64,000 nt of DNA. It comes from Podarcis muralis (lineage: Eukaryota). The notes beneath the pieces are model-generated. The model did no database searches and was not told where the DNA came from. It saw only the letters and a list, made by a program, of their open reading frames with translations. The stretch is taken from assembly GCF_964188315.1 (NCBI RefSeq), contig NC_135667.1, forward strand, positions 25,978,001 to 26,042,000, given 5' to 3'. A program made the position numbers and the translations under genes. This document shows positions 1 through 11,288 of this stretch, piece by piece. The stretch's first letter is position 1. Every line of letters starts with the position of its first letter.

Positions 1-129
1 ACAGTTATAGAACACATGCTCTGTATGCAAAAGTTCCCAGATTCAGTCTCTGGTGCAGGACTCATAAATGATTCCTGCTTCAAATCTTAGAGAGCTGCTA
101 GTCAGTACTGACAACATTTCACTAGGAGG

Positions 130-130
<1 letters not shown>
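1..130 (+). mobile_element. Degenerate tRNA-derived squamate SINE (Squam3-like), cut by the window start, followed by (CTTA)n at 131-166
   Basis: Resembles the SINE head/body (agaacacatgctctgtatgcaaaagttcccagattcagtctctgg...gagagctgctagtcagt) of the clearer copies at 3085-3256 and 50044-50120; recognised from memory. Confidence 0.5.
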
Positions 131-166
<36 letters not shown>

Positions 167-3084
167 TTTGAGACCATCAAAATGGTGTACAATGTGCCAC
201 ATAGACCTATGTTTCTAAGTAATGTTAGCTTTAGATAAGCAATGATAAATATACCCAGTGGTGCTCTTATTCAGTTTTATGAATTGGGTTCATCCATTTA
301 ATTACAATGAGTGGATGACATGGGTGACAGATTTCTCTGCCTTTGATTTATTCAGGGGGGGGGGGCGAAAGAGGGGGCACAAATGCTTACACTTTTTCCA
401 GGGGAGGAGGCAACTCTGATCTGCTTAAAAACATTATAACAAATAATGGAAAAGCAGATCCTTCCTATTACCTTGTTCCTCGTCCACAGTACAGGTGGAA
501 GTATGCAGAGTGAAAAATGCTCTGTACAGAGTGTAATTCGAGCAAGCCAGTTAGGCAGAAAGCCAGCAACTGCGACCTCTGCCTGGCTGTATAACTGCTG
601 GGATAGCCAGATACTGAACTAGCTAGATAGGACCTCCCTGGAACACATGTGCAAGCGCGTGTACAAGTGTACACACACACAAACAAACAAAAAAGAGGGA
701 AGGAAAAATCTGAAAGAACCTCTCAACTTGTCGCAACATATGGCTAACTAAAATGCTGCTTTCTGTACATACTTGAGACAATTTGTGCAATTTTTGCCTC
801 ATTTCTCTGAAGTTGGAAAAATGTTCTTAAGATAATTCTCCCCATGAAAATGAGATTCAAAGGCATGGGTAGGTGGGAAGACATTTCACAACAGTGGCCT
901 TGCATTACCAAAATCCCATTTGCTCAGATTTCTAAAATTCTAAAACAAACGTTATACATCAATTATCCACTTTCATGCACATCTCTCTCTTTTTTAAGAA
1001 CAATTCACATAGATTCATCGTGTAAAGTGTTAGCTGATATATAAAAAAGGAGTCATTTGATTGTTCTGCATTGCAAAGATTTGGCATCGTTATTGACAAA
1101 GTTTACTTACATAGCAGTACATCCACAGGATAAATTGTTAGTTTCCACCCCCAAATATATATACGTATATTTGTAAAGGCAAACAATGCGAGTCTTTCTG
1201 TGGTTGTTCCAAAGCTGAAGAGAAGAAAAGTCTCTCTGGGTGTCTTTGCAGGCTTTCAATTACTGGTCTGCTGCATGTGAAGGAAAGATGGGACATAAAG
1301 CATGGAGACTCATGCTAGATGTGTGAGGTAATACTGTTTCTTCCGCAACCCAAGATCAGTCAGTCATAAAATGTTTGGGGAGTTTCCTTGAAGTTCCTCT
1401 GACCCTCTCCTTTTTTTCCTTGTTCCCTCGGGTTATAGCAGCTGGAACATAATCATCAACTCTACTACTGAATCACATGTATTAGCACAGTTCAGCTCAA
1501 ATTTGTCAGTCTTTAATGTTTGAAGTTAACCATTATAGTAGGCATAGTCTATTGATATACTACATTTCCCACAAATACAGCTGTGCTCAAAGTGATTCAC
1601 ATAACAAAAGAATAAATGCAGTAGTAATATTGATAAATAATAAGTATGTAAAAAACACACACAAGTGAGCATAAAGTTTGCCAATATGCCAAGTAAAAAT
1701 ATCCAATAACATCACATCCAAAAGTAGCCGCAAAAGTTCTTCTGGAAATGGCCCCCTTTTGGTTAAATACTGCAATGTGCTTACATGTTTATGAACTTTA
1801 ACCCTTTGCTTTGTGTGCATATTGAAGGGTGAAAGGATGGCGGTTTACCCAAAGCTCTGTGAGTTAGCAATCAAAAGCCATATCAATCAAACCTTGTATT
1901 GTTTCTTGACATCTAAAGCAGCTCTTATTAAATGTTGGTAGAATATCTGCTTACCTGGGGCTCGGGGTGGGGGTGGGCATTTGCTGCACACCATGGCCAT
2001 GGCTGGTCCAGGGACCCCACCAGATAGCGGTGGGTAGCCACCTGCAGCAGCCCACTACCAGCCATGCCAAACCTTCCAGATGTGGGCAGACATCACCCAT
2101 GAGACCAATCAGGGGCAAGGATATGAGGGTTGTGCCCAGCCCACCTCTGGTGTACATAGGGGGATGGCCAGGTACAGGCCACCTTCTTTGTTGCCTTCAC
2201 AGGAATTTTCCACCCACCCATGCAGGCTGTTAGGGCCATGCTCAGTAGAGGAATGGGCACATTCGCATATGGACCTTGCTATGGTTTACTCGGTCACTGT
2301 ATTCACAGAGAATTTTTTTCCAGCCCTTTCACCTGGGTGCCTTTTAGACAGAGGTGTCAGGGACCCCTGGCAATACAATTAGGCTTTCATGCTTTACAAG
2401 GCAAAGTAGGACAATTTTGCTGGTCCCAGGCTCTCCATCCTCCTCATCTGGACCTTGTGTCTTATATCTGATCCTGAACTTACAGGATTTTGATAACTGA
2501 ATAATAATATAATTCTAGACAATGGGACATAGTCTAGCATAGCATTTGATGTGACAAAGTACCAGGGAAATCAGGGTTAGAATTCTTGCTCCATAATGAA
2601 ACTTTGTCAGTGACCTTCAGTCAGTAACAATATCTCAGGCGGTTCTAGACGACCCATTTTTTAAGCATTCATCCTTATTTGTTTGCAGGGAACTTAGATG
2701 TTGACTATTTATTAAGCCTTCATTCTGATTTGTGGCAGGGGGTGGGTGGCAAGTTAGATCATGTTACACCAGGTGCGGTCCGACACTTTCCTGTGCATTT
2801 TGCATCACTTTCCTTATCATAAATGCTGGTCTTGTATGGAAGTGGGTTGTTGTTCAAGTCAATAGTAATTGTGTAATCTGAATGTGTTGGTATGGAATTG
2901 AAACCTGCCTGAAAATAAAGGCATTCTGGAAGCATTATGAGGCTACTACCTCACAGTGTTGCTGTCCTGGCTGTTTTGTTGTTGTTGTTGTGGGCATAGA
3001 ATAAAATGTATGCCACTTTATAGCACTTGAAGTGAAAGTGTTCTACTTTAAGTGTTCAACAACATTTAAGAGAATTGCATGGGA

Positions 3085-3256
3085 ATATATGAAGCTGTGT
3101 TTTTACCAAGTCAGGCCTTTATTGGTCCATCTGGTTCAGTATTATTTACACTGTCAGGCAGCAGCTCTTCGGGATTTTGGCCCTACCTGGAAATACCAGG
3201 GATTCAACCTGGAACTTTATGAGTACAAAACAAGTGCACTACCACTGAGCTATGAC
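3085..3256 (-). mobile_element. tRNA-derived SINE (Squam3-like) with CR1-like tail
   Basis: Minus strand reads CATAGCTCAGTGGTAG (A box) ... CCAGGTTGAATCCCTGG (B box), then body and tail sequence typical of squamate SINEs. Confidence 0.65.
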
Positions 3257-4448
3257 CAAGACTTGGAAGTTTTAGGCAAAGAATTTTAGGTTATGGTTGT
3301 AGGAAATCATCGTCAGCAGCAACCAAAGAAATATCACCAGTTTAACCCAATTGTGTTTTTATTCCAGCATCCCTCCAATTCCTTGACTGCTTTGCCTAAG
3401 CAAAAACCTCTAAATTTGAACTGAATTTCACTTTAGATTAAACTTGACAATTCTTACACTAAATATGCAACCTGAATCAGAGAATCAGAGAAAACCCAAC
3501 TGTCCAACATCTAATGATTAGTCAGTTAGTTAAAATAATTCATAAACTACCACCATTCAACACTATTGTGGTAGTTCACAAAAAGGAAAGAAAAACAAAA
3601 TACAAAATGAAATCAATAAGAATATATTCAATCCATCTGTAAAACAGACACAAAAAATATCCAACAATGCAACTGTGAAAAGAAAAACCCTAGTTGATTA
3701 AAAATGTCTTAGGGAGTTTGTTGAAAGAGCAAATTGTTTGTACCGCCCTAATTTCAAGCAGAGAGTGCATTCCAGTGTGTGGGTGCCACCACACTAAAAG
3801 CTCTGCTCTAGGTAAGCATTCAATAAACTTTGAGGGTGTATACTGGGGCACTAGTGAACAGTAAAAAAAAAAAACATGATGCATTAACCCTACAAGAAAT
3901 AGGCTCCAAAGACAAGAACTTTGGAGCAATTCTGACTTCACAAGAGAGCAACACTGACCATTTAGAAAACTAGCAAACGTGGAGACAACTTGAATTGTGC
4001 TTATCTAAAGGAAAAGCAATTGATGAAACCAGTAGAAAATTTGGCAAGATGAACAGTATTGGCGACAAATCTTGGAATGCTGGGTTGCTTTGGTCAGAGT
4101 CCTTGGCATGCAAAACTTGGCATTTCGTGGTACAACTGAAAAGTTGTACTGTGCTAGCAATCAGGATTTTTTGAAGTTTGCAGAATATTTAGCTCCTATT
4201 TCTTCTATCATGAGCACTTGACCTGAATAAATTGGTGACCAAATTTGCAAAGGAAAAGGTATGCAAATGGAGATTTGTCTGAAACTGAAACTTTTAAGCG
4301 ACATAAATTTTAACATCACACTTCACAAGATTATTCAAAATATTTTGTTTGCTAAAAGATTTTATTTTGTATTTGAGAAAGATAATAAAAAAATTGATGT
4401 ATTATTCTTTTTCCTAGATTCAGGTAGGTAGCAGTGTTGGTCTGACGC

Positions 4449-4493
<45 letters not shown>

Positions 4494-4530
4494 CCAGTAG
4501 AACCTTAGAGATGAACTAAGTTTGTTCTTG

Positions 4531-4568
4531 GTATAAGCTTTCGTGTGCATGCACACTTCTTCAGATGC
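4531..4568 (-). ncRNA. Minimal type I hammerhead ribozyme motif (left arm)
   Basis: Minus strand GCAU-CUGAAGA-A-GUGUG CAUG CACAC-GAA-AGCU-U-AUAC; catalytic core intact, one stem I mismatch. Confidence 0.65.
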
Positions 4569-4732
4569 ACTGAAACAGAAGTCGCCAGACCCTTATATAT
4601 AGTGGGAGGGTGGGGTGGGGTTTTTCTCAGGAGGGTAGTGAGTCAATCACCCATCTCCTACTACCCTCCTGAGAAAAAAACCCCACCCCACCCTTCCATT
4701 ATATATAAGGGTCTGGCGACTTCTGTTTCAGT

Positions 4733-4770
4733 GTATCTGAAGAAGTGTACATGCACACGAAAGCTTATAC
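4733..4770 (+). ncRNA. Minimal type I hammerhead ribozyme motif (right arm)
   Basis: GUAU-CUGAAGA-A-GUGUA CAUG CACAC-GAA-AGCU-U-AUAC; stem I GUAU/AUAC perfect, one stem II substitution. Confidence 0.65.
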
Positions 4771-5204
4771 CAAGGACAAACTTAGCTGGTCTCTAAGGTG
4801 CTACTGGACAATTTATTCATTTCTTTTTTTATTTCTTTTTTCTATAAAATATCTGTTTTTAAAAATAGAAGTTAGCAATTTTGGGGCTGGGAGGTGTCTT
4901 GCCTAGGGTGCAAAATAACCCAGCACTGCCACTGCTTACACCAGACTTGAGTTCAGTCAGCTTCCACTCAACCAGCTAGAATGAGCAACTTATGTTGGTG
5001 TATGTTCAGAACAGTTCAGTACTAGCTAAGGCACCAGTTAGCTAGCTAAGCCAGAGATTCCATGTTGGTTATCCCAGTGGTTCTTGCCGTAGGATTTTTC
5101 CCTGGGTAAAAGAGAATATTGAGAGTTCTGATTACAAATATAGATTTTCTTCTGGTTTGGCTTGGCTTATGGGATTTAACACCCCCATAAGGTTTTGTCA
5201 GATT

Positions 5205-6146
5205 TTATCTGTTCATTGAAAAGAGCCTCTTTTTCCCCAGAGTCCTTTTTAGAGCTGCTTTGACATCTTTGTTCCTAAGGCTGTAGATGAGGGGATTTAG
5301 CATTGGAATGACAAGAGTGTAAAACACAGAGACAATTTTGCTTTGAGCTGGGGAGGACATGGCTGCAGGCTGAGCATAAATAAAGAAGACTGTCCCATAA
5401 AAGATGGTCACTGCTGTTATGTGAGAGGCACAGGTAGAAAATGCTTTTCTCCTGCCCTCTACAGATTGAATCTTGAGAATGGTGGAGAGAATGTAAGTGT
5501 AGGAGGTGAATATCACCACTGTGGTGATGGCAATGATAACGTTGCAAAGGGAGAACATCACAGCTTCATTGAGATATGTGTATGTCGTGGCAGCGTTCAT
5601 GACAGCAGGGACATCACAGAAGAAGTGGTTGATTTTGCTGAGGTTGCAGAATCTCAAATGGAAAGAGACACTTGTTTGAATCACTCCGTTTGTACAACCG
5701 CAAGCATAGGAAGTGGCCACCAGACGATGGCAAGACTTCTTGGACATCTTAGTTGGATAGAGGAGTGGGTAGCAAATGGCCACGAAGCGATCGTATGCCA
5801 TGACTGCTAAAAGAAACCCTTCTGTAGTAACAAAGATGGTGAAGAGCATCAACTGGGCCACACAGCCCTCATAAGAGATGATGTTCTTCTCCTCGAAAAA
5901 ATTCACTAGAGCTTTAGGAGCAATTGCGGAGGAATAGCAGAGGTCTAGGAAAGACAAGTTTTTCAGAAAGTAGTACATAGGGGTGTGCAGCTGAGAGTCA
6001 GCACTTATGACAGCAATCATACCACCATTCCCCATCACTGTGGTGATGTACAGCACCAGAAAAGTGATGAAAAATGTTACTTGCAGCTCTGGGAGATCTC
6101 TGAACCCCACCAGGATGAACTCAGAGGCTGTGCTGCAGTTGTCCAT
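5205..6146 (-). CDS. Olfactory receptor, OR9S/OR9K (Olfr12)-like, 313 aa (MDNCST...)
   Basis: [40 protein letters not shown] motifs; N-glycosylation site NCS. The ORF-track start at 6254 lies upstream of a splice acceptor (tttatttcAG, 6156-6157), so ATG 6146 is preferred. Confidence 0.95.
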   Translation of the reverse strand: MDNCSTASEFILVGFRDLPELQVTFFITFLVLYITTVMGNGGMIAVISADSQLHTPMYYFLKNLSFLDLCYSSAIAPKALVNFFEEKNIISYEGCVAQLMLFTIFVTTEGFLLAVMAYDRFVAICYPLLYPTKMSKKSCHRLVATSYACGCTNGVIQTSVSFHLRFCNLSKINHFFCDVPAVMNAATTYTYLNEAVMFSLCNVIIAITTVVIFTSYTYILSTILKIQSVEGRRKAFSTCASHITAVTIFYGTVFFIYAQPAAMSSPAQSKIVSVFYTLVIPMLNPLIYSLRNKDVKAALKRTLGKKRLFSMNR

Positions 6147-7511
6147 GATAGGTTCCTGAAATAAATTAAAACATTTTAATGATACACAGCAAACATCCCT
6201 TGTTAGTTGGCTCCTCAGAAACATTTGGCCAGCCACTGTTAGTAATAAGTTCATAGAATCATTCTGGTGTGGTTGAATTATATTTTCCTTTGTGCTGTCT
6301 ACATTTATTTTTCTCTTTTTGACAATTTAATTTTTATGCCTTCCTTTTACATCAATATTGATATATCTCCATCACTTAGGGAAAGAAAAAGAGAGAAAGA
6401 AAGGGGGGGTTTCTTTTCTCTTTAGAGTTTATCATCGTGCTCTCTAGATGTTGTTGGCTGGAACTGTTGGGAGTTTGGGAAGGGAGTGTCACACAACATA
6501 TGGAAGACACCAGTTTGGCTAGGTCTTAAATTCACTTGTCTCGCCTTAACATATGAAGGGGGGGGGAGATAAGGCTCCAGCTCCCAAAAATGTCTTTCTT
6601 GATCCTTACATCTTCTCTTTCAACTCAGTGGCTAACTACACACACAAATTCCGCTTCAGTGCAGTAACTCATACTAAACATTCCCTTCCCCATCTGCCTC
6701 CACTTTCTTAAAGCAAATTATTTCACCCAGGCTCTTCTACCCAAATACTGAGCCAGCACCATGTTTAATTTATTTCTATGTTAAATTATTTGGGTTGCTA
6801 CAGTTTTATTCCTATAGGCAGCAATCCTATACACAGGCACCTGAAATTAATTTGGGTTGGACCTTATGGGGCTTACTTCTGAGAAGACATGCATAGGATT
6901 GCTCTGTTGGCCATTAGGCATAACCAGAATAAAATGCACGGTACTGCCAACATACCACTTAGTCATTTCTTTGAACCCAGAACATGCTCTATCTCTACAA
7001 CACAAATAATAGCATAATGCTTGGAACGATTAGCATTGAAAGGGTGGAAGAAAATAGGGAATCTTTATAAAGCCGTGGCCATGGTGCTAAAACTGATGTA
7101 AAGATTAGGGGGGGGGGAAGGCTACATTTTTTGCAATAAAATAAAAGACTTCTTGAATTCAGTGAAGCTTGCACCCAGATAAATGGGGTTAGGTTTACAG
7201 TCTGAACTGGAAAAAACAACAGCAGATTTCAGAAAAGCCAAATCTCTGCATCAAACTCGTTAAATAAGTCAGCACCCCACCTGCTTTAGCAGAGTTGTCA
7301 AAATGTGAAATTATAAAACTTACCCAAGAGGTAATGGGGTAGGCAGAAAGTCCAACCCCATCAAGTTGTTCGGCAAGAAAGCCTCAACAGTAGAATTTGA
7401 AAGAATTTATAATAAATGAAGTCTTACAGACCTGAGGGTTAATTTATTCCCCACAGTGTCATAAAGTTAACTGCTTGAGAGCAATTAAATGTACATGGTA
7501 TATGTTGTAGA

Positions 7512-7652
7512 NNNNNNNNNNNNNNNNNNNNNNNNNNNNNNNNNNNNNNNNNNNNNNNNNNNNNNNNNNNNNNNNNNNNNNNNNNNNNNNNNNNNNNNNN
7601 NNNNNNNNNNNNNNNNNNNNNNNNNNNNNNNNNNNNNNNNNNNNNNNNNNNN
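7512..7652. other. Assembly gap (141 N)
   Basis: Run of N. Confidence 1.
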
Positions 7653-7739
7653 ATTATATATGTTTAATGCATCATGTTTGAACAAAATAATTTTTAGTAT
7701 CCCTATTCAGATATTATTGACTTCAGATGTAACATTCTG

Positions 7740-7779
<40 letters not shown>

Positions 7780-8099
7780 TTGTATGTATGTATGTATATA
7801 TATAAGTTAGGTGCCAGATGAAAGACTAAGCCTCAAAGGATACTGTTTTAGGCATATCCAATAAATGCATTGACCTTAGATCTTTCGCTTGTCCCAGATT
7901 TTTAAGACACAATTAAATTGTTGAATTACAGGGCAATCTGAGGAATTCTACTCAGAAGTAAGGCCGTATTAGTTTACTTCCCTCCCTCCCAAAGTAGTTG
8001 TGACTAACATTTTTCGAGCAAATGGGCACATTGCCCTCTGAGAGGCATTCTTCTGTTGGTGCCAAGCAGCAGCCTATGAATAGAAGCAGGCCACAACAG

Positions 8100-8102
8100 C
8101 AT

Positions 8103-8145
<43 letters not shown>

Positions 8146-8147
8146 TA
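8100..8147. repeat. (TATT)n microsatellite; provides AATAAA repeats on the minus strand
   Basis: Direct reading. Confidence 0.9.
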
Positions 8148-8310
8148 TTTTTTGTGTGAGTGTGTTTGCAATAAAAGGGATGGGGAAGGCAAAGGAAAAT
8201 GGTTTTTAGAAAGCTGCTTCTTTAGTTATATGCATATATTGACTTCACTGTGTGTCTAGGTTGGCAAACTTTCTTGAGTGTTGCATTGGATTGGTTTCCT
8301 TGATATAGTT

Positions 8311-8435
8311 ACAGATAGGTAGCCGTGTTGGTCTGCCATAGTCAAAACAAAAAAATATTCCTTCCAGTAGCACCTTAAAGACCAACTAAGTTAGTTCTTG
8401 GTATGAGCTTTCGTGTGCATGCACACTTCTTCAGA
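8311..8435 (-). mobile_element. 5'-truncated Penelope-like element 3' end (125 bp) with 15-bp target-site duplication
   Basis: ttccttgatatagtt at 8296-8310 and 8436-8450 flanks a copy of the 4414-4813 family. Confidence 0.85.
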
Positions 8436-8439
8436 TTCC
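8400..8439 (-). ncRNA. Minimal type I hammerhead ribozyme motif, CUC cleavage triplet
   Basis: Minus strand GGAAU-CUGAAGA-A-GUGUG CAUG CACAC-GAA-AGCU-C-AUACC; 4 of 5 stem I pairs; predicted cut between 8405 and 8404. Confidence 0.7.
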
Positions 8440-8668
8440 TTGATATAGTTGGCATGGATTCATTTGAACTGCTTTCTTGTGTCATGTGCTTTGCATGTAA
8501 TTGGAGCTCTTCTTGTCAAGCAGGAAAAATCCAAATTTTTCTTCAGATTGGTAGTCTTATAATATAGCGGGCCAAACTAGGGGTCCTATACATTCTTACA
8601 TTGGAATAAGTCCCATTGTGCTCAGTCAAAGTTACTTATTGAGTAGACACACAGCTAAAAACTCTGTA

Positions 8669-9601
8669 TCAACAGACAAAGCCTTTTCTTTTGAGTTGCC
8701 TGATCAGAGCCTGTTTGACCTCCTTGTTCCTTAGGCTATAGATGATCGGATTTAACATTGGAATGACAACTGTGTAGAAAACTGACACCACTTTCCCTTG
8801 ATTGGGAGAGGACATGGCCCCAGGTTGGGCATACATAAAGAAAACTGTCCCAAAGAATAAGCTTACTGCCATCAAATGGGAAGTGCAAGTTGAGAAAGCT
8901 TTGTGTCTCCCTTTGCCAGACGGTATGTGCAAGATGGTAGTAACAATGTAAATGTAAGATACTAGGACAATTATGGCTGTGGTCACAATGATGAGACCAC
9001 AGACTACAAGGAGCACCATTTCATTCACAAATGTGTCTGAACAGGAGGCCTTCATGACCGCTGGGACATCACAAAAGAAGTGGTTTACATGAGTTGGGCC
9101 ACAAAATGCCAAACTAAATGTAAACCCAGTTTGGGTGCAGCAGTTGACACAACCAAAGAAGTAAGAGATGCACACAAGGCACATACACCTCTTCTTGGAC
9201 ATAATGGTATGGTAGAGAAGTGGGCTACAGACAGCAATGAATCGGTCATATGCCATCACAGCCAGGAAAAAGGCCTCTGTGGTTCCAAAGAGAGAGAAGA
9301 AGAACATCTGGGTTGCACATCCATTGTAGGAAATGGCCATGTCCCCTGTTGCAAAGCTCACCATGGCTTTGGGAGTGATGACTGAAGAGTAGCAAATATC
9401 CAAGAAGGACAGGTTCTTTAGAAAGTAGTACATAGGAGTATGGAGTTTGGAATCGGAACTGGTGATTAAGATCATACCAGCATTTCCCACCAGAGTGATG
9501 GTGTACATCAGCAAAAAAAGCAATAAGAAAACTATTTGCATTTGTGGCAGACCCTTAAAGCTCACCAATATAAATTCAGTGACCTCAGTATGGTTTCCCA
9601 T
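8669..9601 (-). CDS. Olfactory receptor, OR9S (Olfr12)-like, 310 aa
   Basis: MGNHT, LHTPMYYFL, MAYDRFIAVC, KAFSTCTSH, MYAQPGA...QGKVVSVFYT, PMLNPIIYSLRN; intact frame. Confidence 0.96.
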   Translation of the reverse strand: MGNHTEVTEFILVSFKGLPQMQIVFLLLFLLMYTITLVGNAGMILITSSDSKLHTPMYYFLKNLSFLDICYSSVITPKAMVSFATGDMAISYNGCATQMFFFSLFGTTEAFFLAVMAYDRFIAVCSPLLYHTIMSKKRCMCLVCISYFFGCVNCCTQTGFTFSLAFCGPTHVNHFFCDVPAVMKASCSDTFVNEMVLLVVCGLIIVTTAIIVLVSYIYIVTTILHIPSGKGRHKAFSTCTSHLMAVSLFFGTVFFMYAQPGAMSSPNQGKVVSVFYTVVIPMLNPIIYSLRNKEVKQALIRQLKRKGFVC

Positions 9602-9839
9602 AGCTTAGTTATGACAAGGTGGAAAGTCAGGGGAAAATGTCTTCAAATATCCTTGTATTTGTATTTGCAAACTTCAGAAATGAGAGCTTGAGTATGCAAT
9701 CCTTACAGTGTGGATGCCAAAGGCATAGGAGCATTCTACTGCTACTTTGCATCAGAAATATAGCTGCTTTGTAAAATTATAGTAGCAGAAACCTGAATGG
9801 GAATACAAAGGAAGAGAGGGAGAGAGAGAGATTACACAA

Positions 9840-10253
9840 CAGTGGTTCCTAAAGTAGGTAGTAGTACTGCCCGTTGTGGGGGATTCCCTATATTACCACT
9901 AAAAGCCAAGGGGTGACAGGTGGATGCTGGAGGCGTAAATGACTATCAAACTTTGAAAAGGTGGCATCACTGGATCAAGTTGAATAATGTTGTTGAATTA
10001 ATTAAACTAAATAGTTTTAATTTGATTTTTTTTAAAAAAAAAAGCAAGAAAAGTGACTTAAAGAGAAGTCTTAATTAGATTTTGAATAAATGTGAAATTA
10101 ATTGTTACTGCTTTGATTTTATTATATTATCATCTTCTTTAATGGATCATGGAAACCACAGTTCTGAATGATGATTTTCGTAGGGTATGGTGTACTGGGG
10201 ATGAGTTTATGGAACTAATAAGGCAGTGGCCCAAAATCAGTTAGGAACCACTG
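9840..10253. mobile_element. Probable non-autonomous hAT (Charlie-like) element
   Basis: Terminal inverted repeats CAGTGGTTCCTAA / TTAGGAACCACTG; no convincing 8-bp TSD. Confidence 0.5.
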
Positions 10254-11158
10254 GATTGCATCTTACTGACATTTCAGTGAAGCTTAAGTACCTCAGAACA
10301 AACGAGGTGGAAGGAATTCTCATAACCAGTATTGATTCATGATTAAGCAATTACAATAATCAACAAAGCTCCACAATCCAGAAACTATTAGGAGTTTTTA
10401 AGTCCTAAAGACATGAATAAAGGTAAGTAATGAGATGGTGATAATGATGATTAATCCAGCAATGTCATACAGCTGATTGGAAAACTTCCATCACTGGAAT
10501 GGGGAGTGAAAAATTTTTCAATGAGTTTCTGCTCTCCTGCAGCCTCTTGTGTTACTATATCTACCTGATGTTCCGGAACATATTTATTGGTGTGTGGGCT
10601 GCAGGGAGAGGGGAGAATCACAAAAAAATATCATTGCTTCCCATTCCGTTGATGGATGTCTTATAGTCAGTTGAGTCACACCATTGGATTAAATCGTCAT
10701 CAGGATGAATACAGTGTCTAATGGTGGTTTTGAGTCTTAGTACAAACTAAAACAAAGATAATGCCTTGCGAATGACTAGCCAGTTGTCTAACAAAAAAGA
10801 CCAAAAGGGAAAACATAGAAAATGAAAAGTTCAATATGTATCAGTACAATAAACATCCATGGAAACCCCTGCTGACTGCCTGATATTAAAACATATATGA
10901 AGAGGGGAAAGTCAAACAGAGGGTTAATTCAAATTTTGAGAAGTTGCTTGAAATAAGAGTGCAGTTACATGAATTAATAGAAAAAGGACATAAACAAGCA
11001 AGGGACGTATATATGGCTCAACAAGTAAAACAGTATCATTAAAATGAAGAAAAACAAACTGATTTAAAAAAAGAGATGGGTCACAAAACAAAAAGGGGTC
11101 CAACAGCATGTACCGGTCTAAAAGAAAATCAACCTGTTGTGTACTGAGGAAATCAGCT

Positions 11159-11229
11159 GTTGTTGTTGTTGTTTAGTCATTTAGTCGTGTCCGACTCTTC
11201 ACAACCCCATGGACCAGAGCACACCAGGC
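11159..11229 (-). mobile_element. BovB (RTE) LINE 3' end, 71 bp, (CAA)n tail, 8-bp TSD
   Basis: gttgttgttgtttagtcatttagtcgtgtccgactcttc... is the reverse complement of a BovB-type 3' end (recalled); aatcagct at 11151-11158 and 11230-11237. Confidence 0.75.
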
Positions 11230-11288
11230 AATCAGCTAGTTACCATTAAAATATTTTGAAGCAATGGCTTTCCATTACATATTCTAAT

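Larger units (their letters stand above)
4414..4813. mobile_element. Penelope-like element 3' terminal region as a head-to-head fold-back (arms 4491-4639 and 4660-4810, 20-nt spacer); (CA)n at 4452-4490 lies inside the left arm
   Basis: tgtccagtag at 4491 pairs with ctactggaca at 4801-4810 and complementarity continues inward to gagggtagt/actaccctc; same family as 8311-8435 and 11289-11651; hammerhead core on each strand. Confidence 0.85.

Noticed and set aside
3190-3256. tRNA-like A and B boxes
   Set aside because: Continues into a SINE body and tail and lacks a complete cloverleaf, so it is a SINE head and not a tRNA gene
5275-5810. Short ORFs overlapping OR genes in other frames or on the opposite strand (also 9080, 15635-16218, 21876-22661, 27976, 35466-36437, 50788)
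   Set aside because: Shadow frames of OR coding sequence with no recognisable domains
6147-6254. N-terminal extension of the 349-aa OR ORF (likewise 35385-35471, 45712-45774 and 51159-51203)
   Set aside because: Each extension crosses a polypyrimidine tract and AG acceptor and has intron-like composition; the downstream Met precedes the N-glycosylation site, as is typical for ORs
7485-7821. ORFs spanning N runs (also 58043-58328)
   Set aside because: Artefacts of translating assembly gaps
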